In this document: positions 43,638-52,182 of the stretch, one piece after another
Numbering within the stretch: the first letter of the stretch is position 1
Layout: every line of letters begins with the position of its first letter
Notes under the pieces: model-generated
Databases searched by the model: none
Seen by the model: the letters and a program-made list of their open reading frames with translations, nothing else
What the model was told of the DNA's origin: nothing
Assembly (NCBI GenBank): GCA_035266685.1
Contig: DATFMX010000018.1
Coordinates: forward strand, 1 to 60,969
Length of the DNA: 60,969 nt
Origin: Solirubrobacterales bacterium
Lineage (GTDB): Bacteria; Actinomycetota; Thermoleophilia; Solirubrobacterales; 70-9
Direction of reading: 5' to 3'
Position numbers and translations under genes: made by a program

Positions 43638-44867
43638 ATGTTGGACCCATTGACTATGTCACCACAACGTGATGTGTTGAGCTTCAACCCGCATGACGCC
43701 TCGCTGTTCGTCGCCGAGCGGCGCGAAACTGTCTTCGCACACCTCCGCGAGTGTGACTCACTGTATGTGGATAGTAACTGTGATGTACCGATTTACTCAC
43801 TAGTTCGGTACGCGGATGTGGAGCGGGCATACAAGGAACCGGACGTCTTCAGCCCCTGTGCCGGGCTCACCCTGGATGCGTTCGATCCCGCCAGCTCCGA
43901 CTCGCTGAGCAAGATGCTCGAGACCGCCCCGCCGGATCGTCACCGGGCGCTGAGGAACGCGATGCAGGCAGGCTTCCGGGGAGATGCGCTGGACGAGATC
44001 CGCGCTGACATCGAGGGTCGGCTCGGACGCTTCCTCACCGCAGCGACGGGCGGTGGTGCGGTGGAGTTCGTCGGCGCTTTCGCGCAAGACGCCGGCACGG
44101 CGATGATGACCTCGCTGCTCGGCCTGGCCGCGGAGGAGCGGGAGCGGCTCGCTCCGGCCCTGCGAGCGATCGGCGAGGTCGACTTCGGCGCGTCTCCCGA
44201 ATCGGCATCCCGCAGGCAGCGAACCGAATTCCTGCTGCTGCGCGGGCTCGCCCGCGCAGTGCGCGCCGACCGCAAGGCGGGTCGCTCCCGCGGGCTGATC
44301 GGTCTGCTTCTGGCGGCGGAGATCGACGGGCAGCCGCTGAGCGACCAGGAGGTGGCGCTGAACTGCTTCAACGTGGCGATGGCCGGCACGGGCGCCAGCC
44401 AGCACACGCTCGCCGGGGCCGCCGCCGTCTGGGCTGAGCATCCGGCTGCCCTCGCCGGCGCCGGCGAGGATCTAAAACTCAGACGGCGGCTCGTCGATGA
44501 GACGCTGCGCTGGCTGAGCCCGGTTATCCACCTGACGCGCATCCTCACCGCCGAGGTCGAGATCTCGGGCCAGCGGCTTCCAAAGGGCGCCGGGGTCTGC
44601 CTCTGGAACATCTCCGCGAACCGCGACGAGAGCGTCTTCGAGGACGCCGCCGGCTTCGATCCCGATCGCCCGCCCGCCCGCAACCTCGCCTTCGGCGCCG
44701 GGCCCCAGTACTGCCTCGGGGCCGAAATCGTGCGCGCCCAGCTCGACGCTCTGCTGACCGGCCTGGCGCGGCACGGAGCGCGCTTCGAGCTCGCCGGGCC
44801 ACCCGGGTGGATGGCGTCGAACGCGATCGCCGGCGTCGAGTCGCTCCCCCTGCGCGTCCGCCGGTAG
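43638..44867 (+). CDS. Cytochrome P450
   Basis: The haem-thiolate loop is FGAGPQYCLGAEI. The I-helix-like segment is NVAMAGTGASQHT. ETLRW (ExxR) is present. Confidence 0.9.
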   Translation: MLDPLTMSPQRDVLSFNPHDASLFVAERRETVFAHLRECDSLYVDSNCDVPIYSLVRYADVERAYKEPDVFSPCAGLTLDAFDPASSDSLSKMLETAPPDRHRALRNAMQAGFRGDALDEIRADIEGRLGRFLTAATGGGAVEFVGAFAQDAGTAMMTSLLGLAAEERERLAPALRAIGEVDFGASPESASRRQRTEFLLLRGLARAVRADRKAGRSRGLIGLLLAAEIDGQPLSDQEVALNCFNVAMAGTGASQHTLAGAAAVWAEHPAALAGAGEDLKLRRRLVDETLRWLSPVIHLTRILTAEVEISGQRLPKGAGVCLWNISANRDESVFEDAAGFDPDRPPARNLAFGAGPQYCLGAEIVRAQLDALLTGLARHGARFELAGPPGWMASNAIAGVESLPLRVRR

Positions 44868-44902
44868 CGACGGCGGCGCCGCCAGCTCAAGCCCCGACGC
44901 GT

Positions 44903-46432
44903 TCAGGGACGCAGCAGCGAGACCGTCGCGTCGCCCCAGGCCGCCGCGTAGACGAGGCCGCCGGGGCCCGGGGCGAGGGCGGTGAGGTGGGAGAGGCCGC
45001 TGTCGACGCCGTTGCCGGTCCTCGTGCGCAGCGGCTGGCAGGGGCCGTCGCCGGCCGTGCTGAGCCGGCGGTCGCCGGTCACGCAGCCGCGGTAGCGAAG
45101 GGCGCCGCTGCGCGGGTCGCGCCGCAGCTCGGCGAGCCCGTCGAGCGACCCGACAGGGACGAGCATGGTCCTGCCGCCGGCGCCGAGCAGCGGAGTGCGG
45201 GCGCCGGCCAGCAGGCTGACGTTGTGGCTGCCGTTGTTCGTCTGCGGGCTGGCGGGGGTGCGGGCGCAGCGGTGCCGGTCCTCGCGGCGGCTGCTGAGGC
45301 AGCTCGCCAGGGAGAGCCTCCCGGTAGCGCGGTTGCGCCGCAGGGCGACGATCCGCCCGAGTCGCGAGCCGGCGTAGAGGAAGCGGCCGTCCGGTGAGCC
45401 GGCGAGGCCCGATGACCTGACGAGCGCTGCCGCGACCCCCTCCGGACGCCCCACCTGCCGGCACGGCCGGCGGTCGTCGCGCGAGCTGATGCAGCCGGCG
45501 AAGCGCAGCGGCGACGCGCCGCCGAGCGCGAAGGCGCTGACCGTGTCGCCGCCGCTCGCCGCCGCGTACAGGTAGCGACCGTCGGGCGAGATCCAGGGCG
45601 AGCCGAGACCGCCGAGGACCGGCGCGTGGCCGTCGCCGATATGCGCGCAGGCTCGCGTCGTCCGGTTGCTGCTCAGGCAGCCGGCGAAGGAGAGGGCGCC
45701 GCTCGCGGGGTCGCGGTCGAGCGCCGTGAGGCTCGCGTCGCCGGACCCGGTGACGTAGACCCGCCGGCCGTCGGCGGCGATTGCGACGCCGCTCGCTTCG
45801 TAGATGCCCGAGCCATAGCCCCTGCTCGTCGCCCCGGGCAGCGTCTCGCAAGCCGCAGGGCTGGACGGGCCGGCGTCGAGGTCGCCGGTCAGGCAACCCC
45901 GGTAGGCAAGCGCGCCCCCGGCCGGGTCGCGGGCGAAGCGCGCGACCATCGAGCTGTGGAAGCCGGCGCCGCTGACCACGTAGAGCGAGCGCCCGTCCGG
46001 GCTCACCGCGGCGGCATTGGGCCAGGAGATCGGCGCTTCGACGGCGTTGTGGCTGGCGCCGCTCAGCGCCGGGCACGAGCGGCCGAACAGGTCGCCGGTG
46101 AAGCAGGCGCCGAACGCGAGCCGGCGCCCGGGGCCCAGCGCGAGCTGCGCCAGCGAGCTGTTGCGCTTGCCGGTCGCGTAGACCGACATGCGGCTCGAGT
46201 CGACGGCCAGCGCGGTCACGTTCGCCAGCGCCGAGTCGCGTTCCCCGGCGCCCGCCACGGTCCCGCAGCCGAGCCGCTTGGCGACGCCGGGGCTACCGGT
46301 GAGGCAGGAGACGACTTCGACCTGGAGCCCTCTCGGAGGAGCGTGGCGCGCCGCTCCGGCCGTCCCCGGCAGCAGCATCATCAGCGCGAGAATCGCCGCC
46401 GTGCCCAACAGCCTGCGCACGCCCATGGCCAT
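44903..46432 (-). CDS. Secreted beta-propeller (lactonase/YVTN-like) repeat protein with a Cys pair per repeat
   Basis: The signal peptide is MAMGVRRLLGTAAILALMMLLPGTAGA. About 7 repeats are present, of the form SPDGR.LY......G.....F.RD...G.L...GC......C. Confidence 0.6.
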   Translation of the reverse strand: MAMGVRRLLGTAAILALMMLLPGTAGAARHAPPRGLQVEVVSCLTGSPGVAKRLGCGTVAGAGERDSALANVTALAVDSSRMSVYATGKRNSSLAQLALGPGRRLAFGACFTGDLFGRSCPALSGASHNAVEAPISWPNAAAVSPDGRSLYVVSGAGFHSSMVARFARDPAGGALAYRGCLTGDLDAGPSSPAACETLPGATSRGYGSGIYEASGVAIAADGRRVYVTGSGDASLTALDRDPASGALSFAGCLSSNRTTRACAHIGDGHAPVLGGLGSPWISPDGRYLYAAASGGDTVSAFALGGASPLRFAGCISSRDDRRPCRQVGRPEGVAAALVRSSGLAGSPDGRFLYAGSRLGRIVALRRNRATGRLSLASCLSSRREDRHRCARTPASPQTNNGSHNVSLLAGARTPLLGAGGRTMLVPVGSLDGLAELRRDPRSGALRYRGCVTGDRRLSTAGDGPCQPLRTRTGNGVDSGLSHLTALAPGPGGLVYAAAWGDATVSLLRP

Positions 46433-46559
46433 CGCCTCGCAGTGTAGAGCGACGATCGCGGTCCGGGTGCGGGCACCCCGCAGAGCGACCCCGGCTGAGC
46501 GTCACCGCCGTCGGCGGTCAATAGCCTGCCTGCCGACCAACTCGACCCGAAGGGGAACC

Positions 46560-48632
46560 TTGCCCGCTCGCCGCACGACCGCCGCCGTCCTCACGCTCCT
46601 TGCATCGCTCGCCCTGCTCGTGCCGGGCGCGAGCTCCGCGGCCACGCCCCCGGGCATATCGACCCTGCACGGAAGCGTCCCGCAAGGCGGGATGACGGTG
46701 ACGATGCTGGCGGCGAACCCCGGCGAACGGCGCCCGGTGGTGCTCGGCCACGCGCGCAGCCGCAGCGGCGGGCGCTTCGTGCTCCGCTACCGCAGCCCCA
46801 GCCGCGCCGCGATCAAGTACCTGCTCGCGACGCGACCCTGCTGCGCCGCCGAAGCCGGCTTCCCGGTGCCCGCCAACAGCTACAAGCTGGCGCTGGCGCT
46901 CGGCGCCGGACGGGCCCCGGGCAGGGTGACGCTCAACGAGCGCACCACCGTCGCGATGGGCTACGCGATGGCGCAGTTCATCGACGGCAACCGCGTCTCC
47001 GGCAAGAACCCCGGGCTGCGCAACGCCGCGGCGATGACCCGCAACCTGGTCACGCGCCGCCGCGGCCTCGTCTCGCCGGTGCTGGCGCGCTTCCCGAACG
47101 GCAGGTCGACCTCGACCCTGCGCAGCTTCAACTCGCTGGCCGATCTGCTGGCGCTCTGCCGGCGCCAGGGCCGGGCCTGCGCCCGCCTGCTGAGGCTCGG
47201 CGGCGCGCCGGGGGGCGGACCGGCGCCGGACACCCTGCAGGCCACGGTCAATATCGCGACCAACCCGTGGCACAACGTCGGTGGCCTGTTCAAGCTCTCC
47301 CGCCTGGCCGCCAAGCTGCCGCCGCGCTACGCGCCGACGGCGACCCGGCGCCGGCTGGTCCCCGCCTGGACCCTCGCGCTGCGCTTCGAAGGCAGCCCGC
47401 GGGGCCTGGACGGGCCCGGCGCCTTTGCGATCGACGCCAAGGGCGGCATCTGGGTCGGCAACAACTACGAATACAGCCGCCAATCGACGAAGTCGACCTG
47501 CTTCGGCCGCAAGCTCTTCCGCTACACCCCGACCGGCCGCTACTACCCCGGCTCGCCCTACGAAAGCGGCGGCACCAGCGGCGTCGGCTTCGGGATCACG
47601 TTCGACAAAGAAGAACACATCTGGGTCGGCAACTTCGGCTTCGAAGGAAAGGGCTGCCGGAAGGAAGCGCCGCACAACAGCGTCTCCGAGTACAGGTCGA
47701 ACGGCGAAGCGCTCTCGCCGGACCTCGCCAAAGCCGGGATCAAGCGCGAGGAAACCGGCAGGGGAAAGAAGAAAAAGACGATCCTCGTGCAGACCTACAC
47801 CGGCGGCTGGGAAGTCGGCGACATCTTCTGGCCGCAGGCGACGATCGCCGACGTCAACAACAACATCTGGGTGGCGAACTGCGGCAACAACAGCGTCACC
47901 GAGATCCCCGGCGGCAAGCCCGAACTGGCGGTCAACTACCCCGAAGACCACTTCTCGCTGCTCCGCGGCTTCAGCTTCCGGCGGCCCTTCGGCGCGGCGA
48001 GCGACGCCGCCGGCAACGTCTACGTCGGCGGCAACGGCAGCGCCACCGTGGTCAAGATCGGCCCCGGAGGGGAAGTCCTCGACCGCTTCAGCGGCGGCGG
48101 CCTGCACCGGCCGATGGGCCTCGCCACCGACAGCCGCGGCAACGTCTGGGTCGGCAACTCGACCTGGGTCGTCGCACCCTGCGTCGGCCAGTTCCACCCC
48201 GAGCGCGGCCCGCGCAAAGGCGGCACCGTCTCGCTGATCGAACGCGACGGCACGATGGCGGCTCAGAGCCCGTTCGAAGGCGGCGGGCTCAAAAACGCCT
48301 GGGGGGTCGCGGTCGACGGCGACGACAAGGTCTGGGTCGCCAACTTCAGCGGCCGGCGGCTCTCCGAGCTCTGCGGCGTGCGCACGAGTGTCTGCCCGCC
48401 GGGCAAGCGCCGCGTCGGCGCCCCGATCTCACCGGAAACGACCGGCTATGGCTTCAACGGCCTGACCCGCAACACCGGTGTCTCGATCGACCCCTCGGGC
48501 AACGTCTGGCTCGCCAACAACTGGAAGAACGCGCCGATCCAGACCAACCCCGGCGGCTACCAGATCGTCGCCTACCTCGGGCTCGCAGCGCCGGTCAAGA
48601 CGCCGCTGATCGGCGTGCCGGAACGACCGTAG
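46560..48632 (+). CDS. Secreted NHL-repeat beta-propeller protein
   Basis: The start is set at TTG 46560, preceded by GAAGGGGA, giving ARRTTAAVLTLLASLALLVPGASSA. NHL-like blades are GGIWVGNNY, HIWVGNFG, NIWVANCGNNSVTEI, GNVYVGGNGSATVVKI, GNVWVGNSTW, KVWVANFSGRRLSEL and GNVWLANNW. Confidence 0.7.
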   Translation: MPARRTTAAVLTLLASLALLVPGASSAATPPGISTLHGSVPQGGMTVTMLAANPGERRPVVLGHARSRSGGRFVLRYRSPSRAAIKYLLATRPCCAAEAGFPVPANSYKLALALGAGRAPGRVTLNERTTVAMGYAMAQFIDGNRVSGKNPGLRNAAAMTRNLVTRRRGLVSPVLARFPNGRSTSTLRSFNSLADLLALCRRQGRACARLLRLGGAPGGGPAPDTLQATVNIATNPWHNVGGLFKLSRLAAKLPPRYAPTATRRRLVPAWTLALRFEGSPRGLDGPGAFAIDAKGGIWVGNNYEYSRQSTKSTCFGRKLFRYTPTGRYYPGSPYESGGTSGVGFGITFDKEEHIWVGNFGFEGKGCRKEAPHNSVSEYRSNGEALSPDLAKAGIKREETGRGKKKKTILVQTYTGGWEVGDIFWPQATIADVNNNIWVANCGNNSVTEIPGGKPELAVNYPEDHFSLLRGFSFRRPFGAASDAAGNVYVGGNGSATVVKIGPGGEVLDRFSGGGLHRPMGLATDSRGNVWVGNSTWVVAPCVGQFHPERGPRKGGTVSLIERDGTMAAQSPFEGGGLKNAWGVAVDGDDKVWVANFSGRRLSELCGVRTSVCPPGKRRVGAPISPETTGYGFNGLTRNTGVSIDPSGNVWLANNWKNAPIQTNPGGYQIVAYLGLAAPVKTPLIGVPERP

Positions 48633-48647
48633 CGCCGATTCGCATAC

Positions 48648-48692
48648 CGCGGTCGAGGTTTGAGTCGCATAGCGGCCAAAACCTCGACCGCG
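48648..48692. repeat. 45-nt extended palindrome, copy 1 (terminator-like, 16 nt after the NHL gene stop)
   Basis: CGCGGTCGAGGTTT-GAGTCGCATAGCGGCCA-AAACCTCGACCGCG. The stem is 14 bp and perfect. Confidence 0.8.
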
Positions 48693-48714
48693 CACCAGGC
48701 GCTACGGTGTCGGC

Positions 48715-49050
48715 GTGGATTCGGCACGCGCCAAGCAGTTGCTCGCCGCCGAGCGAGCCGAGGTCGAAGCGGCGATCGCCGCGCTCGAGCGCGAAGGGCC
48801 CGAGGAGGGCGACGCGCGGCGCGAGCCGGGCGACGAGGACTCGGAGAACCTCTACCAGGACGAGTTCGACGCCGGGCGGCTCGCCGACCTGAAGGAGAGG
48901 CTGGCCGCCGTCGAGCGGGCCGAAGAGCGCCTCGCCGCCGGGACCTACGGCCTTTCGGTGCGCAGCGGCGAGCCGATTCCCGACGAGCGCCTCGAGGCCT
49001 CCCCCACCGCCGAACTGACGGTCGCGGAGTCCGAGCCCAGCGGGTCCTGA
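48715..49050 (+). CDS. DksA/TraR-family-like protein lacking the zinc-finger cysteines
   Basis: A coiled-coil N-terminus is followed by LAAVERAEERLAAGTYGLSVRSGEPIPDERLEASPTAELTVAE. This is the DksA C-terminal pattern (GTYG.C..CG..I...RL.A.P....C..C) with every Cys replaced. Confidence 0.5.
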   Translation: MDSARAKQLLAAERAEVEAAIAALEREGPEEGDARREPGDEDSENLYQDEFDAGRLADLKERLAAVERAEERLAAGTYGLSVRSGEPIPDERLEASPTAELTVAESEPSGS

Positions 49051-49110
49051 CGTCTGGATCGCCGCTGCCGCGGCGGTAGGCTTGCGGGGGTGCCAGGTCC
49101 CGCGCATCGC

Positions 49111-50265
49111 ATGCTCTCGGAGTCGCAGCTTGCGACGCTGGCGGAGGTCGGCGAGGAACGGCGGGCGGAGGTCGGCGAGAAGCTGTTCGAGATCGGCGAC
49201 GCGAGCTACCCGTTCATCGCGATCGTCGAAGGAGAGGCCGCGGTCCTCGACGCCGCCGGGCACGAGGTCATCCGCCACGGCGACTCCGGCTTCCTCGGCG
49301 AGATGAACCTGCTCTCCGGGCAGACCGTCTTCCTCACCGCCGTCGTCACCGAGCCGATGCGCTACATCGCCGTCGACCGCGAAGCGCTGCGCGGGCTGCT
49401 GTTCGAGGACGCTTCGCTCTCCGACCTGCTGCTGCCCGCCTTCGTCCAGCGGCGCGAAATGCTGCAGCAGCGGCAGGGAGTCGGAGTCGAGGTGGTCGGG
49501 CCGCGCGACTCGGCGGAGACCCGGCGGCTGCTCGAGTTCGCCCGCCGCCTGCGGCTCCCCTACTCGTGGCTCGACCCGGTCGAGGACGCCGAGGCGGCGG
49601 CAATCGTGGAGCGGACCGCGCCGGACGAGCTGCCGTTGGTGCGGCTGCCCGGCGGGATCGTGCTGCGGCGGCCGAGCAACGGCAAGCTCTCGCGGGCGCT
49701 CGGGATCGGGCTGGAGCTGGCGCCGCGCGAAGAAGTCGACCTGCTCGTGCTCTGCGGCGCCCAGCGGGTCGGCGTCGTCGGCGGCGGCAACTCGGCCGCG
49801 CAGGCGGCGATCTGGCTCGCCCGCGGCGGCGCCCTGGTCACCCTGCTGCACCGCCGCGCCGACCTCACCGAGACGATGTCGCACTACCTGATCGAGGAGC
49901 TGGAGCGCTACGGCGTCGCCGTCCGCGACCGCAGCGAAGTCGCCGAGCTGCGCGGCGAGGAAGGCAAGCTCGAGGGCGTCGCGCTCACCGACGGCGCCGA
50001 GCTGCCGTTCTCCTTCCTCTTCCTCTTCCTCGGCGCCTCGCCCTGCACCGAGTGGCTCGGCGACGCGGTCGCCCGCGACGAGAAGGGCTTCGTGCTCACG
50101 GGGGGCGAAGCCGGCGCCGACGGCCTGCTCGAGACCAGCCTGCCCGGCGTCTACGCCGCCGGCGATGTACGCGCCGGCTCGATCAAGCGCTGCGCGACCG
50201 CGGTCGGCGAGGGCGCCACCGTCGTCCGCTTCGTCCACGAGCGGCTCGCGGCAGCCGCGGCCTGA
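49111..50265 (+). CDS. Cyclic-nucleotide-binding domain fused to a truncated thioredoxin-reductase-like domain
   Basis: The cNMP-like segment is FEIGDASYPFIAIVEGEAAVLD...GFLGEMNLLSG. The TrxR NADPH and C-terminal parts are VGVVGGGNSAAQAAIWLA, FLFLGASPCTEWL and PGVYAAGDVRAGSIKRCATAVGEG. The GxGxxG FAD motif and the CxxC are missing. The ORF track starts at GTG 49090. Confidence 0.7.
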   Translation: MLSESQLATLAEVGEERRAEVGEKLFEIGDASYPFIAIVEGEAAVLDAAGHEVIRHGDSGFLGEMNLLSGQTVFLTAVVTEPMRYIAVDREALRGLLFEDASLSDLLLPAFVQRREMLQQRQGVGVEVVGPRDSAETRRLLEFARRLRLPYSWLDPVEDAEAAAIVERTAPDELPLVRLPGGIVLRRPSNGKLSRALGIGLELAPREEVDLLVLCGAQRVGVVGGGNSAAQAAIWLARGGALVTLLHRRADLTETMSHYLIEELERYGVAVRDRSEVAELRGEEGKLEGVALTDGAELPFSFLFLFLGASPCTEWLGDAVARDEKGFVLTGGEAGADGLLETSLPGVYAAGDVRAGSIKRCATAVGEGATVVRFVHERLAAAAA

Positions 50266-50274
50266 GCGTCGTCG

Positions 50275-51552
50275 CTAGTGGCCGTGCCGGTGCCCGCCGC
50301 CGGCCGGCCGCAGATTGCCGACGACGCCGACGCGGAAGCCGAGCCAGGGGTAGGTGGTCGTGTAGAAGACGTTGTCCTGCGGCTGCAGGCCGACCGCCGA
50401 GAGCCACAGCTGGTAGGCGGGGGCGTTGGCGATGCCGCCGTGCAGGCGGCGCCAGACGCGGCCACCGCTGCGGCCGGTCGGCGGCGGGGTGATCGTGTCC
50501 GTCCACTCGACCGCGTTGCCGCCCTGGTCGAGCGTGCCCCAGGGAGACGGGGTCGCGGCCTGGCCGACCGTGCTGAGGCTCCCCTGGTAGAGGGTGGCGT
50601 AGGTGGTCGGGTCGATGCCGAAGGGATTGACACTGGCGCAGGCTTCGACCGAGATCGCCGCCGGGCACCAGCTCGGCGCGGCGACGCCGGAGGCGCGGTA
50701 GGTGGCGAGCGGCTGGGTCGCTGCGTTGGTGACGTTGCCGTTCGTCGGGTCGAGCGCCGTCGGGCTGGGCGCGGTCGCGGTGCCGTCGCCGAAGACGCCG
50801 GCGTTGGTCGGGTACTTCCAGTAGGAGTAGGTGCCGCCGCCGTTGGGGTCGTAGTAGGCGGACTTGATCCACTCGTTCTGGCTCGGCACGACGAAGCCCT
50901 GCTTCTGCGCCCGGGTCGCGCCGCTGCGCTTTTCGCGCGCCAGGTCGTACATGCCGCGCTCGGTCTGGCGGGAGAGCCGCACGCGGTAGGTGAGGTACCT
51001 GAAGGCGCCGCTGCTGCTCGCCCTGCGTGAGAGCAGCCTGCCGTTGTCGAGCGCGTTGACGAAGCGTGCCGCGCGGAGGAAGTTGGCGAAGCCGTAGGGC
51101 TTGTCCGCCCATTCCGGGTAGGCGACCGAGTAGTGGTGGCCGTTCCGCGCCCGGGCGGCGAAGCCGATCTGGCCGTACTTGGGCCAGCCGGAGGCGCTCT
51201 CGGTCGGGTCGTAGAGGTTGTGCCTGTCCTTGCCGCGGGGGTCGACCGCGTTGAGGAACGTCACCCACTGGCCGACGGTGATCTCGAGCCGGCCGATGCC
51301 GTAGCGGTAGCCGACGTCGCCGACGAGCTGGCAGGCCGGCTGCGCCTGCGGCGCTTCCCCGCAGGACTTGTAGATCGCGTCGCTGAAGGGGACGATCCCG
51401 ACCGAGGGGTTGCCGGGCGCGCCGACCGTGACGGTCCTGACGGTGACGACCGCGCCCTTGCCGGCGGCGTTCGCGCCGCCGGGCGCCGCGAGCGCAAGCG
51501 CCAGGCAGGCAGCCGCGAGTGCCACCGTCGCCTTGCCGCGAAGAGAACCCAT
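50275..51552 (-). CDS. Secreted FGE/SUMF1-like (DUF323) domain protein
   Basis: The start is set at MGSLRGKATVALAAACLALALAAPGGANA. VTVGQWVTFLNA, PSQNEWIKSAYY, GTLDQGGNAVEWTD, RRLHGG and LGFRVG resemble the FGE-sulfatase fold pattern, recalled from memory. Confidence 0.5.
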   Translation of the reverse strand: MGSLRGKATVALAAACLALALAAPGGANAAGKGAVVTVRTVTVGAPGNPSVGIVPFSDAIYKSCGEAPQAQPACQLVGDVGYRYGIGRLEITVGQWVTFLNAVDPRGKDRHNLYDPTESASGWPKYGQIGFAARARNGHHYSVAYPEWADKPYGFANFLRAARFVNALDNGRLLSRRASSSGAFRYLTYRVRLSRQTERGMYDLAREKRSGATRAQKQGFVVPSQNEWIKSAYYDPNGGGTYSYWKYPTNAGVFGDGTATAPSPTALDPTNGNVTNAATQPLATYRASGVAAPSWCPAAISVEACASVNPFGIDPTTYATLYQGSLSTVGQAATPSPWGTLDQGGNAVEWTDTITPPPTGRSGGRVWRRLHGGIANAPAYQLWLSAVGLQPQDNVFYTTTYPWLGFRVGVVGNLRPAGGGHRHGH

Positions 51553-51654
51553 CCCGCTCCGTTCGCCGCCGACGCCCATACGCCTCTATCGACAGTCACT
51601 TGCGTAGCCTTTATCGCCATCTTCGACCGGATCGCGAAAAGAGCGGCATTCGCC

Positions 51655-52182
51655 GTGGCGACGCTGGGCACGGCGGCGGCGCTGGCCGCCCCGGGAGCCG
51701 CCGCCGAAGCGGTGCCCTGGGGCTACAGCTGCACTCCCCCCGGCGAAGCGCCGCGGACGAGCGAGACCTGCGGCGCGACGCTGGTCGACGGGCGGGCCGT
51801 GCCGCCGCCGGGAGCGCCGCCGCGGGTGAAGGCGGTGATCGCCGCGGCCAACCGCCTCGTCCACAAGCCCTATGTCTGGGGCGGCGGGCATCTCGTCTGG
51901 TGGGACCGGCGCGGCTACGACTGCTCGGGCGCCGTCGGCTACGCGCTGCACGGCGGCGGCATGCTCGGCACGACGATGGTCTCCGGCCAGCTCGCCTACT
52001 GGGGCCTGCGCGGGCTCGGCCGCTGGATCACCGTCTACGCCAACGCCGAGCACGTGTACATGATCGTCGCCGGGCTGCGCTTCGACACCCGCGACGACCC
52101 GCCCGGGGTGAGCGGCCCGCGCTGGCACCCGGCGCGGGTCGACCCGCGCAAGTTCGCCGCCCGCCATCCGATCGGGCTCTGA
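51655..52182 (+). CDS. NlpC/P60 (C40) cell-wall peptidase
   Basis: HKPYVWGGGH...RGYDCSGAVGYALH contains the catalytic Cys context, followed by NAEHVYMIVAGLRFDT. The start is uncertain: GTG 51655 truncates the signal peptide, and the in-frame codons upstream (from ATC 51631) encode IAKRAAFAVATLGTAAALAAPGAAA. Confidence 0.75.
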   Translation: MATLGTAAALAAPGAAAEAVPWGYSCTPPGEAPRTSETCGATLVDGRAVPPPGAPPRVKAVIAAANRLVHKPYVWGGGHLVWWDRRGYDCSGAVGYALHGGGMLGTTMVSGQLAYWGLRGLGRWITVYANAEHVYMIVAGLRFDTRDDPPGVSGPRWHPARVDPRKFAARHPIGL

